Source: Catajapyx aquilonaris
Lineage: Eukaryota
NCBI GenBank assembly: GCA_000934665.2
Contig: JYFJ02002615.1
Coordinates: forward strand, 1 to 54,028
Length of the DNA stretch: 54,028 nucleotides
Reading direction: 5' to 3'
The notes beneath the pieces are model-generated. The model made no database searches. It saw only the letters and a list, made by a program, of their open reading frames with translations, and was not told the origin of the DNA. The position numbers and the translations under genes were made by a program. Each line of letters opens with the position of its first letter. The stretch's first letter is position 1. Shown here piece by piece: positions 1 through 11,800 of the stretch.

Positions 1-201
1 CCACAGGTGGTAAGGCCTCTTTGGCTAGTTACACCAGAAAATTCTATTTAAATGTCAGAAGGAGCGATTAGGCAAAAATCGCTAAAGAGTGTATCTCCGT
101 AATGCGGCGGCCAAACATAATGATTCCTATACTTAAATCGATCCTCTGGTGGCTAGGAAGGCAGTCATATACGTCGGGGCACTGAGTTCAGATACACCCT
201 G
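1..201. mobile_element. One arm of a Tc1/mariner-type MITE, truncated by the window edge; same family as 48162-48586
   Basis: Ends ...cactgagttcagatacaccCTG followed by TA. Reverse-complementary to about 48162-48363. Confidence 0.85.
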
Positions 202-3200
202 TATATGCGAATGAGTTACACCAATAGTCGACCAAAGTTGGTTCTGAATAAACACCATATACTTATTGCAACGCGATCTGTGATTCAACACTGCTGCCGC
301 CTGATGCCACGTATTTTAAAATCCCTCCTCACCTTGTGCTACAGTTGCTGGGAACATCATTAGTGCCCATCTTGCGCCTGGATACTATACTTTCCAAATA
401 GAGTGGTTCGTTGGTATATCTCGTGATATCCCTGACTCTCCAGCCTATATTGGAAATAAGGAATGCTGACCATAACATTTGGACTATAATATCACCACAG
501 GCCCCTTCCGACTAGACAAATTTTTGTCTATTTTAAACCGTTTTTGCTATATCTCATGTAAACCTGTATATTACCAAGGTGAGTAAATATTTCTGAATTT
601 GGAACCGATATTATCTCACGGCTGACCTTCTGCATGTAATGATATGTCGTCTAATTGAAGGGGCCCGGCGTTCAATACCCCCGAACGCGGCCATGTTACG
701 CTTGAGAAGGTCGTCTGTTACAGGAGTGTAGTTGTGAAACGTGTAGCAAATTAAAGCTGGCTGGATATTTGATTGTTGCTTAATATTTCGTGTTAGGTTT
801 TAGATTTTTTCTCATGCAGAGAATGAGTCAGCATTTAGTGATACTCTTTGTGAGCAAAATGTTACGTGGGTTAGTAGGTTACCTACTCAACCTGCAAAAG
901 AAATATACGACATTTGAGTATACTTCATCACAAGGACATTTCTTTGAAATGAAGAGTATGTGTATTCACAAGCTGTAAGTTTACCCCACGTCTTCATAAA
1001 GTTCGACCATTCTTACATATGTGGTAAAGAGTTAGTGATAATTACACAAAATTAGTGCCGAGCACTTCTGGACGAATAGTGACGTAATGACGTGATAGTG
1101 CGATTAATCAGGACTGCCTTTCAGGGGAATAATTATTATATAGTCTTCCTATATACTTAGGACAGGTGTTAGGTTGTTGATTAAAGTAGAAAATCGTAGT
1201 GTCAACATCATCTGATTAATATCACTCCACAGTCGTACTCACTGTACTGGCCGCAGCTGTCGCGAGCTGATTGACAATCGAATAAGGATCTCACTTCGAC
1301 ACGTCCCGAAGCGCAAACTCTGTTAATAATATTGCACACAATGTATTACCACCAACTGCGAATGACCTCAGCTTCGAAACAAAGAATCAGATACTCCACG
1401 AAGTCACGATTTACTGGCATATGTCAATAGTTAATAATACGTGACATGTGACCGCAATCAGTTGCGTACTTGCGTAGATGCTGGGAGAATGGGAAGTTGG
1501 CAAGGACTCTTCAACTTTTTATAGCAAAATTGAATCAAGATAATTTGCTTGATTTTTAGAATCAAACTTTTCAGTACATGGCTGTGTCCATTTTAATATT
1601 GACGTACTACACATGCAGATGTGACAGGGGGACCTTGGATGTGGCTATTGTCATTGATCTGTAGATACTGCAGGTGTTAGTTACATGCTGATTAAGTGTA
1701 TGTGACCAATGAACTGTGATCACATTTTTGTTGTGTATATTATTTTCTTATTAATTTCTTAAGTACAGGAGAGATTATGAACGAGTAGTTGCCGTGAGAG
1801 GAAGACTGTCCACGTTAAGATAAGTTACACGTTTTATAAATTACAAGATTACGTGTTCGTTCCGTTCCAGATGGGGTCATAGTGTATGCGAATTTTTCGT
1901 GATGCACCATATCATGTTTCGCTTTTGGTTGGTGTTAGTGGTTATTATGTTGTGTTATCATTGCATTGAAGTGTTTGTCACGTATATCTAGGCTACAGTT
2001 TGAATTTTGATTAATTTCATCACCTGTTGTAATATGGAGGTGTATTGCTTCCAGTATACTCACAAAGAATGATTCAATTTCTCCCACCAAATGGAAGTGA
2101 GGGTGGGTAGATGGCGTTGGTGATGTGGACATTGTGGGCAAGGCCTGCTTGGCTGGCGGGCGATGCATAAATCCATTGGTGGCTAAAAAGGCGGGGTTTT
2201 GGAAGCCTAGAGGGTTGTGCTACCGGAGAGAGGGTGGGCTTTGGGACCTTTCGCACCCACACAGGTAGGCAGGGGGAGGCCTCACCTGGACTGAGAGGGG
2301 GGGCCCTCCCCTCCCACACTTCAGCTGCTACCCCATCCTTTTTTTTCCGATGGTACGGCCTACCTGTAAATGAGATGACACCACACCTTTCCTTCCACAA
2401 GGCCGAAAACAATAATTTTGGGATAAACATACTGGGGAGGTGTCATGCGTAGGGAAAAACACGGTGCTTTCCACAAGCGTAAATTCCGTAAACACACGGA
2501 AATGAAAACATCTTGTCTGAACTTTGCTCAGGAGCTATAATTTTACAGATGTATGAATAACGGGCTCAAACTGCAATGCACTTGTGGTTCGGGTAGGTGA
2601 CAACGTGGGAAAAGAGAGGACGTGTTATTATCCTGCCGCGGGAAGTAGGGTGGGTTGCCTACCTTCGCGGATGTACCTGGGAATCTGTGGGAATGATGAG
2701 TAGTACCGCATTCCGGTAGTGTATTTATAGAGAAAAGCAATATCATGTGCATACAAAACGGGATGTTTTACGCCCATTATCCTTTATTTGCGCCCATACC
2801 ATAGGTTTCCGTATCTTTAAATAGTAAATTCATCGTAGATGGAAACCAGGTGGGAAATTTTTTATCGAAGAGTCGAGGGAACAAGAGTGGTGAACCAAAT
2901 ACTGAACATGTGCCTTGACTGGCTGCAGTGCACCATAATGTGTATGCACACTTTTGGAGCTCTTAGCAATTTCTAGTAGGTTTCAGAGGGTAATTTCCAC
3001 ATATTTTGCAGTTATACGTAGGTCAGCTGTGTACGCGACTGTACAGAGGGCCTTTGAAGACTATCATAACCACTGCGGTACATTGCCAATATGTATATAG
3101 TGTGAATTTACAAGCATTCTAAACATGATACGAGTATCTGCAATAGTACAGATGGCACGAATATAGCCTTTGTTAGGAATAAAAACGATGAAGTGAGGCA

Positions 3201-4234
3201 TGCATTAGAAAGAGTTCAAGATACGCATGTTTTAGATTCGTAAGTATTTATTAATATACAAGGTGATGGTTTAGAAAGGAAGAACCACTGTTTACAAAAA
3301 TTCGGCGTATTTAGCTGACTTCCAGCAACCAAAAAAAAATTAGGTTGAGCTTACTTGTAGAATTTCCGAGTAATTGCTTACCTTCCTCTTGTTGGTCCGA
3401 AGAAAGCAATGGGCGACGGCTATTTGCTCCAATCCCTTATCTATCACATGGGTCAAAATTACGCCCTAATTCTGGCTTTGGGAGCACATTTCCGGAGCAA
3501 ATCGATATTTAGCCATGTAACGGGGTCATTACTGAGGCACACGGATGTTTTTGAAAGCCAAAATTTTAAGTCTGAAAACCCAGCAGGCATCAATGCCCTG
3601 TAGAGGGCGGTGGGACAGCTGTCTCGACGTGGTAAAAGATAGGAGTCCAAAAATTATGAGTATAGTGCAATTTCACATTATGCGTAAGGTGTCTTAGTCT
3701 GGGTTTTCCGATCTGAAAGGTTGGGTGCTAAAAACATCAATAATAATAATCAGTAATGACCCCCATTCGCTGGCCAAACATCGATTTAATATGGAAATGT
3801 GTTCCCATAAATGTAATTTTCACATGTATGATAGATACTGTATAGAAGTTAGATTGTTGGCCATTGATTTTTTTTCTTTTTCTAATATCTACAGTAAACT
3901 GTACTTTATGCCAAGCCTTTTCATGAATCACATATGACTTGCCAATTTGAAGTACGAGTAGAAGGCTGTGGTAGCGTTCATTTCACAGCGTGTTTACAAC
4001 GTGCAAGATCATGGTGTGTTGCCATTAGACTGGGAGGCCCGCTCTGAATGGTTAGAAAATTAAATAATTCCCATTACCGACAAACATGTATATTCATGCC
4101 TTATATGCCATTCCAGTTTTCTCCAATTTTGACGTATACAATATACTAACCTGAAAAAAACGGAGACTGACCATGCAGCAGTTCTTCATGCTCATATGTG
4201 TACCTTTACACTGTATGGCTGGTTTCGAGACTCC

Positions 4235-4357
4235 GTACTTTGCCCTATTTTCGAAAAACTGCACATCTGCACATAGCGGTAAGGTCGAGTTTTTAGGCAA
4301 CCCCCCTCAACACTCGAACTTACCGCTATGTGCCGAGGCATCTTTTTTCGAAAGTAC
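4235..4357. repeat. Imperfect inverted repeat (fold-back), probably a MITE remnant
   Basis: ttcgaaaaa..gcacatagcggtaaggtcgagt pairs with actcgaacttaccgctatgtgc..tttttcgaa around a ~20 nt spacer. Confidence 0.7.
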
Positions 4358-7176
4358 AGCAGTTAATGCATCTTTATGTGGAAGAATCCTTCAGAGCCTT
4401 TTCTTAGAAACAAACCGTTCCCTGGAAAGGGTTTTCGCATCGGGCCCTCACAGGGTTTCCAGTAACTCGAGATCCGTCAATGGAAAATCTTGTGTATAGC
4501 AAGAAGTCTTCGTAACATGAACACTTATTATTGAAGTTCGCGGAGGGGAATCCAATACTAACCGTGAGTTATTAATCAGAATGGAGCACACGGTGTAAAT
4601 TAATCCTGTTTTAAAATATAGAGGGGAGCGCATAGAATTTTGGCGATTAAATTGAAGACCTCTCGCATATATGGACCATCAAGGTAATTAAAGATCTAAG
4701 CAATCAGAATGGCCATCCTGGGTAACAGCTGTAATTATATAGTCCTTATAAATAAGGCTTTTGGACCGTTCAGGTGGCAAACCCTGCAATTGAGCTTAAG
4801 CTTGGGTATATCTGAAAGTGATCTAATCAGCTAGTCCGATAATATGGCTTTCAGTCAAGAAAAAATTGAGTGCTGCTACACGTCATTAAAAATGTGCCAT
4901 GGTTAAACTTCGTGAAGAGGACCAGTATTGGGAAAAGAGAAAGTGGTGCATGCAGTATAACTCCTCATAAGAGCCTGTAGTCATCACTTTTATTACATAT
5001 AATGTAATCTTGTGTATAGGACTAGGTATCGTGGTATATTGGAACTGTACTGAAAAAAAATATGTGTTGATGGTTTACAGTTAGATCTGATCTCTTTTAG
5101 CATATTTTCCTATACTATACACGTATACAGTGTATGTGATATAGTGTTTGCTGCCAATGCCTCCTCCATCTAATGCGGTCTACCGTCTACCTTGGCTTCC
5201 AACATATAGTCTGCCTTGGCTAATTAGTTTATTTGCCAACCACTGATAGTTTACCTGTGCATATTAATGGGCGGACCTAATTTCTTAATGATATACCAGA
5301 CTTACTCGTACTCTTGTTAATGCAATGAATGGAGCGCATGCATTTAAAACAATCGCAATCATGGGAAAATAGTCCGAATATTTTACATTCATTCCCAAGG
5401 AAGTAGGCGTAATTAGCCTGTTGTACACTTCAGTGCACACAGTAGTAAGTCATCATTTGGAATTTTTAATACCTTTCAAGTATAGCAATTACCAGATATC
5501 CTGACGCGATTTTGACCAGTGCCAAAAGCCAAAATTATAAAGCTGCAATTAAGGTGTGCAGAAGCATTGCGTAAGCACGATTTATTACCTTTCTTCATTT
5601 GCAGTAAAGAAGAAAAAAAAACACAATAGAAAGACAGGCAATTTGAAGCCCGTTGCCTTCACTCCACCGCGGTACCCATAAGACAACCGAATCTGTCCTT
5701 ACAACCACCTTCCATCTGTGCTACTCCCGTTCCCCCTAAGAAACCATACCTCCGAAATTGACAGGTTGGTCATTAGTTCCTCAAGAAGCTTAACCGCGGT
5801 CATGTGCAAAAGGACGTGCCATAAAAAGAAGGAGCTCCCGCTGTATAATTTCCAGGGCGGCATCTGGTAGCAAAATGGTACTACCTGACTGTCATATTTT
5901 TTTATTGTGGATCCACGTTTTTAATGTCATACTACAAAATTATTTTGAAGGCAGGAATATTAGATGGTTGGTGGCGGGGAGTGATCTCAGAAGCTGTCGC
6001 CACTGCCCATGAAAGCCACGAAAGTGAGCCAAATGACGCCGGCTCTCCTTTTTGATAATATGCTGTCAGAAAGGTGCGTCATGTGCTTCTCACGCGTTTC
6101 AGGCTTTGCGTATTGTGTCTTTCGTTTCTTGTGACTGGCAAAGAAATTCTGGAATTACACGGCAGGTGTGCTCATTTTCAAATGTGTTCACGATCTTATC
6201 ACGGCATATATGCCATTAATGTGCATTTCTGATTAATTTTTTCGTTTGAAGTTTAAATGATTGTCTGACTGCGGTTCTATACTGAAGCATCGATATTTTC
6301 TTAGAAATGAACAGTGATGCTCAACAGGCAGTAAAACTTCAAATGCAATTAAGCATGACATGAGTCGGAAACATGAGCTGGTCAGGAGTGTTAATTTTCT
6401 CAAAAAACAGGGTACCTGGCTACAGAGATGAGTGGTCAAGCATGGTAATGAGCCCCCCCCCCCTCCTTCCCCTTGATATTCCCTCCCGTCCCATGAAGAT
6501 GAGACGGCGGGGGATGTAAATTGGTGAGAAGCGCAAAGCAGGTGTTTTGCAGCTTTTGCCGGTAGATTTGTGGCGGTGGGGGGGGGGGGGTACCTTTTGT
6601 TTAGAAGCAAAGGAGTGTGTAAATTGGAAGTTCTCGTAGGTTTAATGAGGATCCGAGGTTGCCAACGTTCAATTCCGCCAAGTCACTTACTAAGAGGGGG
6701 GTATGAAGTGTGTTATTTTACCTCGGTACCTGGCGCTGGGATAATAATTGTCATCAAACTTGACTTATGGAGTAGGGTGGGTGGGAACTGGGAAGAAGAA
6801 GGGGGCAGGTCACAATTTTTTTTTCTGCGTAATTTGGTTCCAGCAGGCAGAGGGACAAATAATGATGATTGTGAAACGGGGAAGTCGGAAGGCGGGGACG
6901 TTATAGGGGGGTGGTAGATGGTAGGGGGGTACATAATACAGTCTAGTTGGCACAGGTGTTGTATTTGTGGAGGGCAGATTTTTTTTTCCTTTTCCTTTTT
7001 TTAACAGGGAGTGAAGGGGGTGGTCAAAATGGAGGGTACAAGAGACCTTTAGTACTCGGTTGGAACTTGCATGTTAGGGCTGTTCTGTGGACAGTGTGGG
7101 GGATAAGTCGATATTTGTGGCTTGTAATCGGTGACAAGGTGAACGTGGGAAATTCTACCATGGGTCTGTCGCGTTG

Positions 7177-7208
7177 CCTAACCTCATCCTCTGTTCTTTT
7201 CCATGCAC
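7177..7208 (+). other. Non-canonical 3' splice site: branch point CCTAAC, pyrimidine tract and terminal CAC
   Basis: Sequence gCCTAACctcatcctctgttcttttccatgCAC|gt with the candidate branch A at 7181 (-28). No AG dinucleotide occurs between 7139 and 7231. Confidence 0.8.
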
Positions 7209-7269
7209 GTCGTGTTCCTGTTCCTGACGCCAGATTCGACTACCTCTGCGAGTACTACAAGCCTGTGAG
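7209..7269 (+). CDS. OLA1: OLA1 (Obg-like ATPase 1 / YchF) internal coding exon, 61 nt, (S)RVPVPDARFDYLCEYYKPV(S)
   Basis: Translation matches the OLA1 segment [21 protein letters not shown]. The exon ends in AG|GTAAGT (donor 7270-7275), and the split codon AG+C=Ser joins the next exon in frame. The 5' boundary is placed by homology at ...CCATGCAC|GT CGT, a non-AG acceptor. Confidence 0.93.
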
Positions 7270-8457
7270 GTAAGTTGATAATTATTTTGTGAGGCTATAT
7301 GTCAGTGTTCCGAGTAACCAGGGAAAATGTCCATATATAATTTTCTAAGGTGTGCGCATAATGTATATGTACAGTAAATCCAGAATAGAAAGTGACACCT
7401 GGACGAGGTTATATAATGAGGGAGATTTGATAGCTAAAATGTGACAATTCTTTGTATTTATTAGAATATTGTTTGGCAATATAGAGATACTTGTATTTAT
7501 TTTCGATAATACCAAAAGCTATCTACCCTACTTAGTAATCTGCGATTGCTCAGCATGGACTACTTCATTTAACAGAACAGGATGCGCATTCATTATTTAT
7601 GAGATGATTATGTGATATGATCATTATAACACAGCATGATTGCAAAATGATCAGAGAAACGGAAGTTAAGCGTTATTTTTGCGCTTATCGCAGCGAATAA
7701 CCTTATTAGTAATTTAAAGAGCACATGCATGCAAATATTGAAGACCGAGTTAATACCGTCCGATTGAAGAGGACACGAGTGTAATTTGAGACAGGAAAGT
7801 CATGATTCGCGAAAAAATCTATTAGTACATTTTAAATGCCAGTAATCTGGTCTACTAACCAATGTGCACAAGTTGAGGCGGTTGCGGTAAAGGGTTTTAT
7901 ATGGTTTTATAACTATACTGCACTCTATACTATACCCACTCGGCTACGTGTTAATTTTAAGTTAAACTGCACTGCTAATTTGTTTGGCCTTAGGCTACGA
8001 AGGCCGATAGTTTGTCTAGTATATCTGCTAATTTCTACACTGCACTGGCGCCATAATGCAGAGGAGGATAGCGATTTACAAAACGAGATGTAGTTTTCCT
8101 CTGGAACTTTTCGTCAGTAACTCACACAGTGTCTTATATTGCCGACATTGTAAGAGATACTAAATTTTTTTAAATATTCCGAATGAATCGTGCGCAAGCA
8201 AATATTGTCCAGTTCAGGGACCAGGTATTGTACAATACTATTGATAACATGGGCTTATTATATAAGTTGTTATGCTTTAGGATAACTACAGAAGTCTACA
8301 CGAATTTGTTGCATTTCGCTTAGTTTAATGGGAGAAGCTAAGGGAACTGAGGCGATTAGGCGAATGTGTACTCTTGAGCCTTAAGGTAAGTACAGTAGAT
8401 CTGTAGATACATCATTATGTGTAGTTTTTAAAAATGTGCAGTTTTGAAAGATGTACG

Positions 8458-8851
8458 CATGGTGTATACGAATAAATCTGCCGTATGGTACGAGTGGTAG
8501 GCTATAGGGGGTGAGTATGGAAGAAGCATGGCATGAATTCGAAAGGTCGGCGACGATCCGTTTTGGAGATGTCGACGATGTCCATCGTGACAAGTGTGGA
8601 TACCCCCATACATGCGTGCATTGCTGGTTGCCGGAGTCAGGCGCTCGCACTACCAGACGGTTGCTCAACCCCCTGATCCGGGCAACCAGCGATGCAGGCA
8701 TGTATGGGGTTATCCACACTTGTCAGGTTCGACGTCGTCGCCGGCCTTTCGGACCCATGCAGTTCTTCTTCCGAGCACAGACCCTACCACTAATCAACCT
8801 TATATCCCTTATATCATTTTGGCAGATTTATTACAATTCGTATACACCCTG
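8458..8851. mobile_element. Fold-back MITE (~395 bp), same family as 52252-52646
   Basis: Ends catggtgtatacgaat ... attcgtatacaccCTG+TA. Internal arms pair (gaaaggtcggcgacga / tcgtcgccggcctttc). Long-range similarity to 52252-52646 (gacaagtgtgga.acccc, cattgctggttgccgg, ggcaaccagcgatgcagg). Confidence 0.85.
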
Positions 8852-11800
8852 TATTTGAGAAGGTATCCACATTTAGATACTTGGAGAATAAAAAGAGGGC
8901 GTGTGTCTGCTGTGTTGCACGAAAAGAAAAGCATTTGTTCCTCAGAGACTCCAAGATGATTTTTCCATTAATTTTGTTACTGATATATGAAAGATCCTGC
9001 GGGTACCACCTAATAAGGCAGAAGATGAGAAGTTGCTAGTTATCAGCAAAGAATCGGGCGTCGTTCTGGCGTAGGCGGCCGCTCGTTTTCTGAGGGGGAA
9101 AAGGCTTAATTTGGTTCATATCAGGTCATCACTTGGTCCCGAATTTTTATACCCCCCGGGGGCGACTGGTGACTGCTGTGCATCGTAACCCTTTTACAGG
9201 ACCAATTTTTTTCTTCTCCTTCTCCGTAGGCCCTATCAAAATTTCAGGTAGAGTAATGAAAATAATTTCATAATGTCAGTCTTGATTAGTGTCTTGTATT
9301 GCTGTGGAACGCGTTTTTGCAGGATAAATATTGAAGGTATTACAATCATGATAAATGTGGTTAGAGTAAAGTGTAAGTAGAAAATGAACCGAGTAGTGCC
9401 GATGATTATGCATACATTTTATGACTAATAGTGCCTTATTGTTAGGAAGTGTCTTGGAGGAAAGGTTTTTTTTTTGCCATGTCAAATTGCAACATATTTA
9501 AGTATACCGTACTTCTTCCATGACGTATAGTGAAAAAAGAGGACAGTAATAACATGTAATATGAACAATGCAAATTCGGGCAACAAATATTTTAAGGCAA
9601 TTGGCCTGAAATTCAAACAGGGACAATTAATGTTAAATCACGTAAGCAGTGACCTAAACTAAAATGCAGGCCTAAAAATGGCAGGTTTTGGTGCGTTAGT
9701 GTACTTGTGAGTACACAAAAACGGACCGTGATCGGTTTATGAACACGTCCCAATGGCACATTTTATTTTGTATGTTTTTCAATGAAATCGCTTTATTGCT
9801 TACTGCCACTTTCATAGGAATACTGCGTGTTATGATGATGTATTGATATGGGATTTGATTGTATTAATGATTACGTACTTATGCAAGTTTTTAAAAATAC
9901 TTATGCTGTAGAAAAAGTGTCAGTCACTTTTGGTGAGCTTTGTATTCCAATTTCAACCATTTTTACGGTAAGTGTATTACAGTCATGTTCCATGTTCAGT
10001 ATATTGGACTGATTCGACGTTTTAGACTGTAGTGTTTTTTTTCTCTCCTTTTATCATGCACGTCAAAGAAAAGCGGAACAACGCAGTTTCGCACTTTCAA
10101 CTAATTCATATGACTATAATATGTCTATAGGAGGCATAATTCTTTATTGTGCAACAGTGTTTTTTTTTTTTGCAATGGTGGAATATTTATAAGATGGTAT
10201 ATTCTTTCCCTTATTGTTCACTGTATCCTGCAGTCAAACATTTTCATTTTATACGTTGGCTGAATCTATGTATTTTTGACATAACTTTCATGATATGATT
10301 GTACAAGGAAAACTTAATGTGTAAGCAGAAATGCGCTGCTGATCGAGTATAAAAGCATTGAGAATGTTTCAATGCTGGATTGTAAACATTTCCAAATATA
10401 TTCTTCGTTATTTCTGTAATTGTGGAGGCGCACTACTTTTAATTAACTTCAGAATCTCAGGAAACATTAATCTAAGTGTTTATTAATATGCTATGTATCC
10501 CATGACTCTCTGTACCAACAGCCATAGGAATTTTAAATAGAAGCGCAATCAAAAAACTTTTCTGGATGGAGAGGATAGCTTTAGACAAGTTGTAGGCCTA
10601 CTTCATAAACTTCGATTGTTTAATTTAATCACCTTTAGATATTGCGGCCTTGCACAGTGTGTAAGTGATAACTGATAAGTAATGCGTCTCTTTGGCACGC
10701 TCTCTTATTTTAGGGTTCTGCTGCACTGAGGTCGACAGAAGCGGATCTCGATCTCGATCTAGACGGATACAGGATATTGCACACATCATGGAGAATGCGT
10801 TAGGCTATTATTAGTTACTGCAAATTGTGAAATCTTATAGACGCGAGCGATTTTCGCGAGATCTGAAACATTTTAGTGAGGGCAGGAGTGTAAATAAACT
10901 AACGAGGCATTGCTTTTTGCTCGAGTAACTTCTGCCTTGCCTCTGGTGTTGATTGTGTTTTGCATTGCAAACCTCTGTACGCATAATAACCGGATATGCG
11001 TGGCATGTGTCGAAAGACCGCCAGATATGTGTAGCTTAACAATTTATTTCCATTCGTGTGACTGAAAAGTGCACTTCCCTTATTTCTTCCTTTGTACGTG
11101 AGCAGAAACGTGGAGTACCTCATTTATCACTTCATGGCGGACTTAATTTGAAGATAACTAAACTGAGATCATGCGGGTTCCAACTCACTGGCTTCTGGAA
11201 TTACGCTGCAATTAACAAGCAAGGTCCTTAAGATTTTAACTCTGAACACAATTGCAGAAGGTGACGTTCCTAAGGAGTGATAAATGATGCCGGGTGCGCC
11301 GACACATCCGGGTTATAGGGCCCGCACTTATAATTACAAGCAATGCTTTAAAGACTTGTTTATGTTGTAACCAACGAAGGTAGTCGACCGGTAAGGTTAT
11401 GGGGATTCTATATAGCGATGCCTATATATTATGTGTACTCCACAGTTAGAGAAGTAATGGTGTTCCATATTGAAGATCACCTACTTTTCACATCGTTCAA
11501 TTTTTTGTCCTATGCAGAGCCATGAGGTGTTGAATCACATTGCTCGGGAGCCTAGAAGCTCTCATTTGGTGCCTTATTAGACCTATCATCATGAAAAAAT
11601 GCCTTAAACAAGAACATGCTTTCAATATACAGGGTACATTTGAGAACAAAGTAGGAAACAGTTTGTAAATGGCAGAAGTTGCGCATCAGGTTTACCAATA
11701 AATATTTACGAGGACAAATGCTTGTGCTGCCAGTGTCGAAAAATCTCTCGTAGAATTTTTAAATAACTTATCTTATAGAGAAGACACATGGCGGATCCTC

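Noticed and set aside
659..695. tRNA B-box-like ggcccggcgttcaataccc (possible SINE or tRNA)
   Set aside because: No A-box or cloverleaf structure could be supported.
5497..5503. ATATCCT as the U12-type donor partner of the AC acceptor
   Set aside because: Not preceded by OLA1-coding sequence (ENFPFCTIDPNE); the real upstream exon appears to lie outside the window.
6947..7273. 108 aa ORF as a standalone gene
   Set aside because: Only its last ~20 codons are the OLA1 exon; the rest is intronic read-through.
8381..8959. Overlapping ORFs resembling those at 52247-52666 (e.g. DKCGYPH / DKCGHPR)
   Set aside because: The similarity comes from two copies of the same palindromic MITE, not from a protein family.
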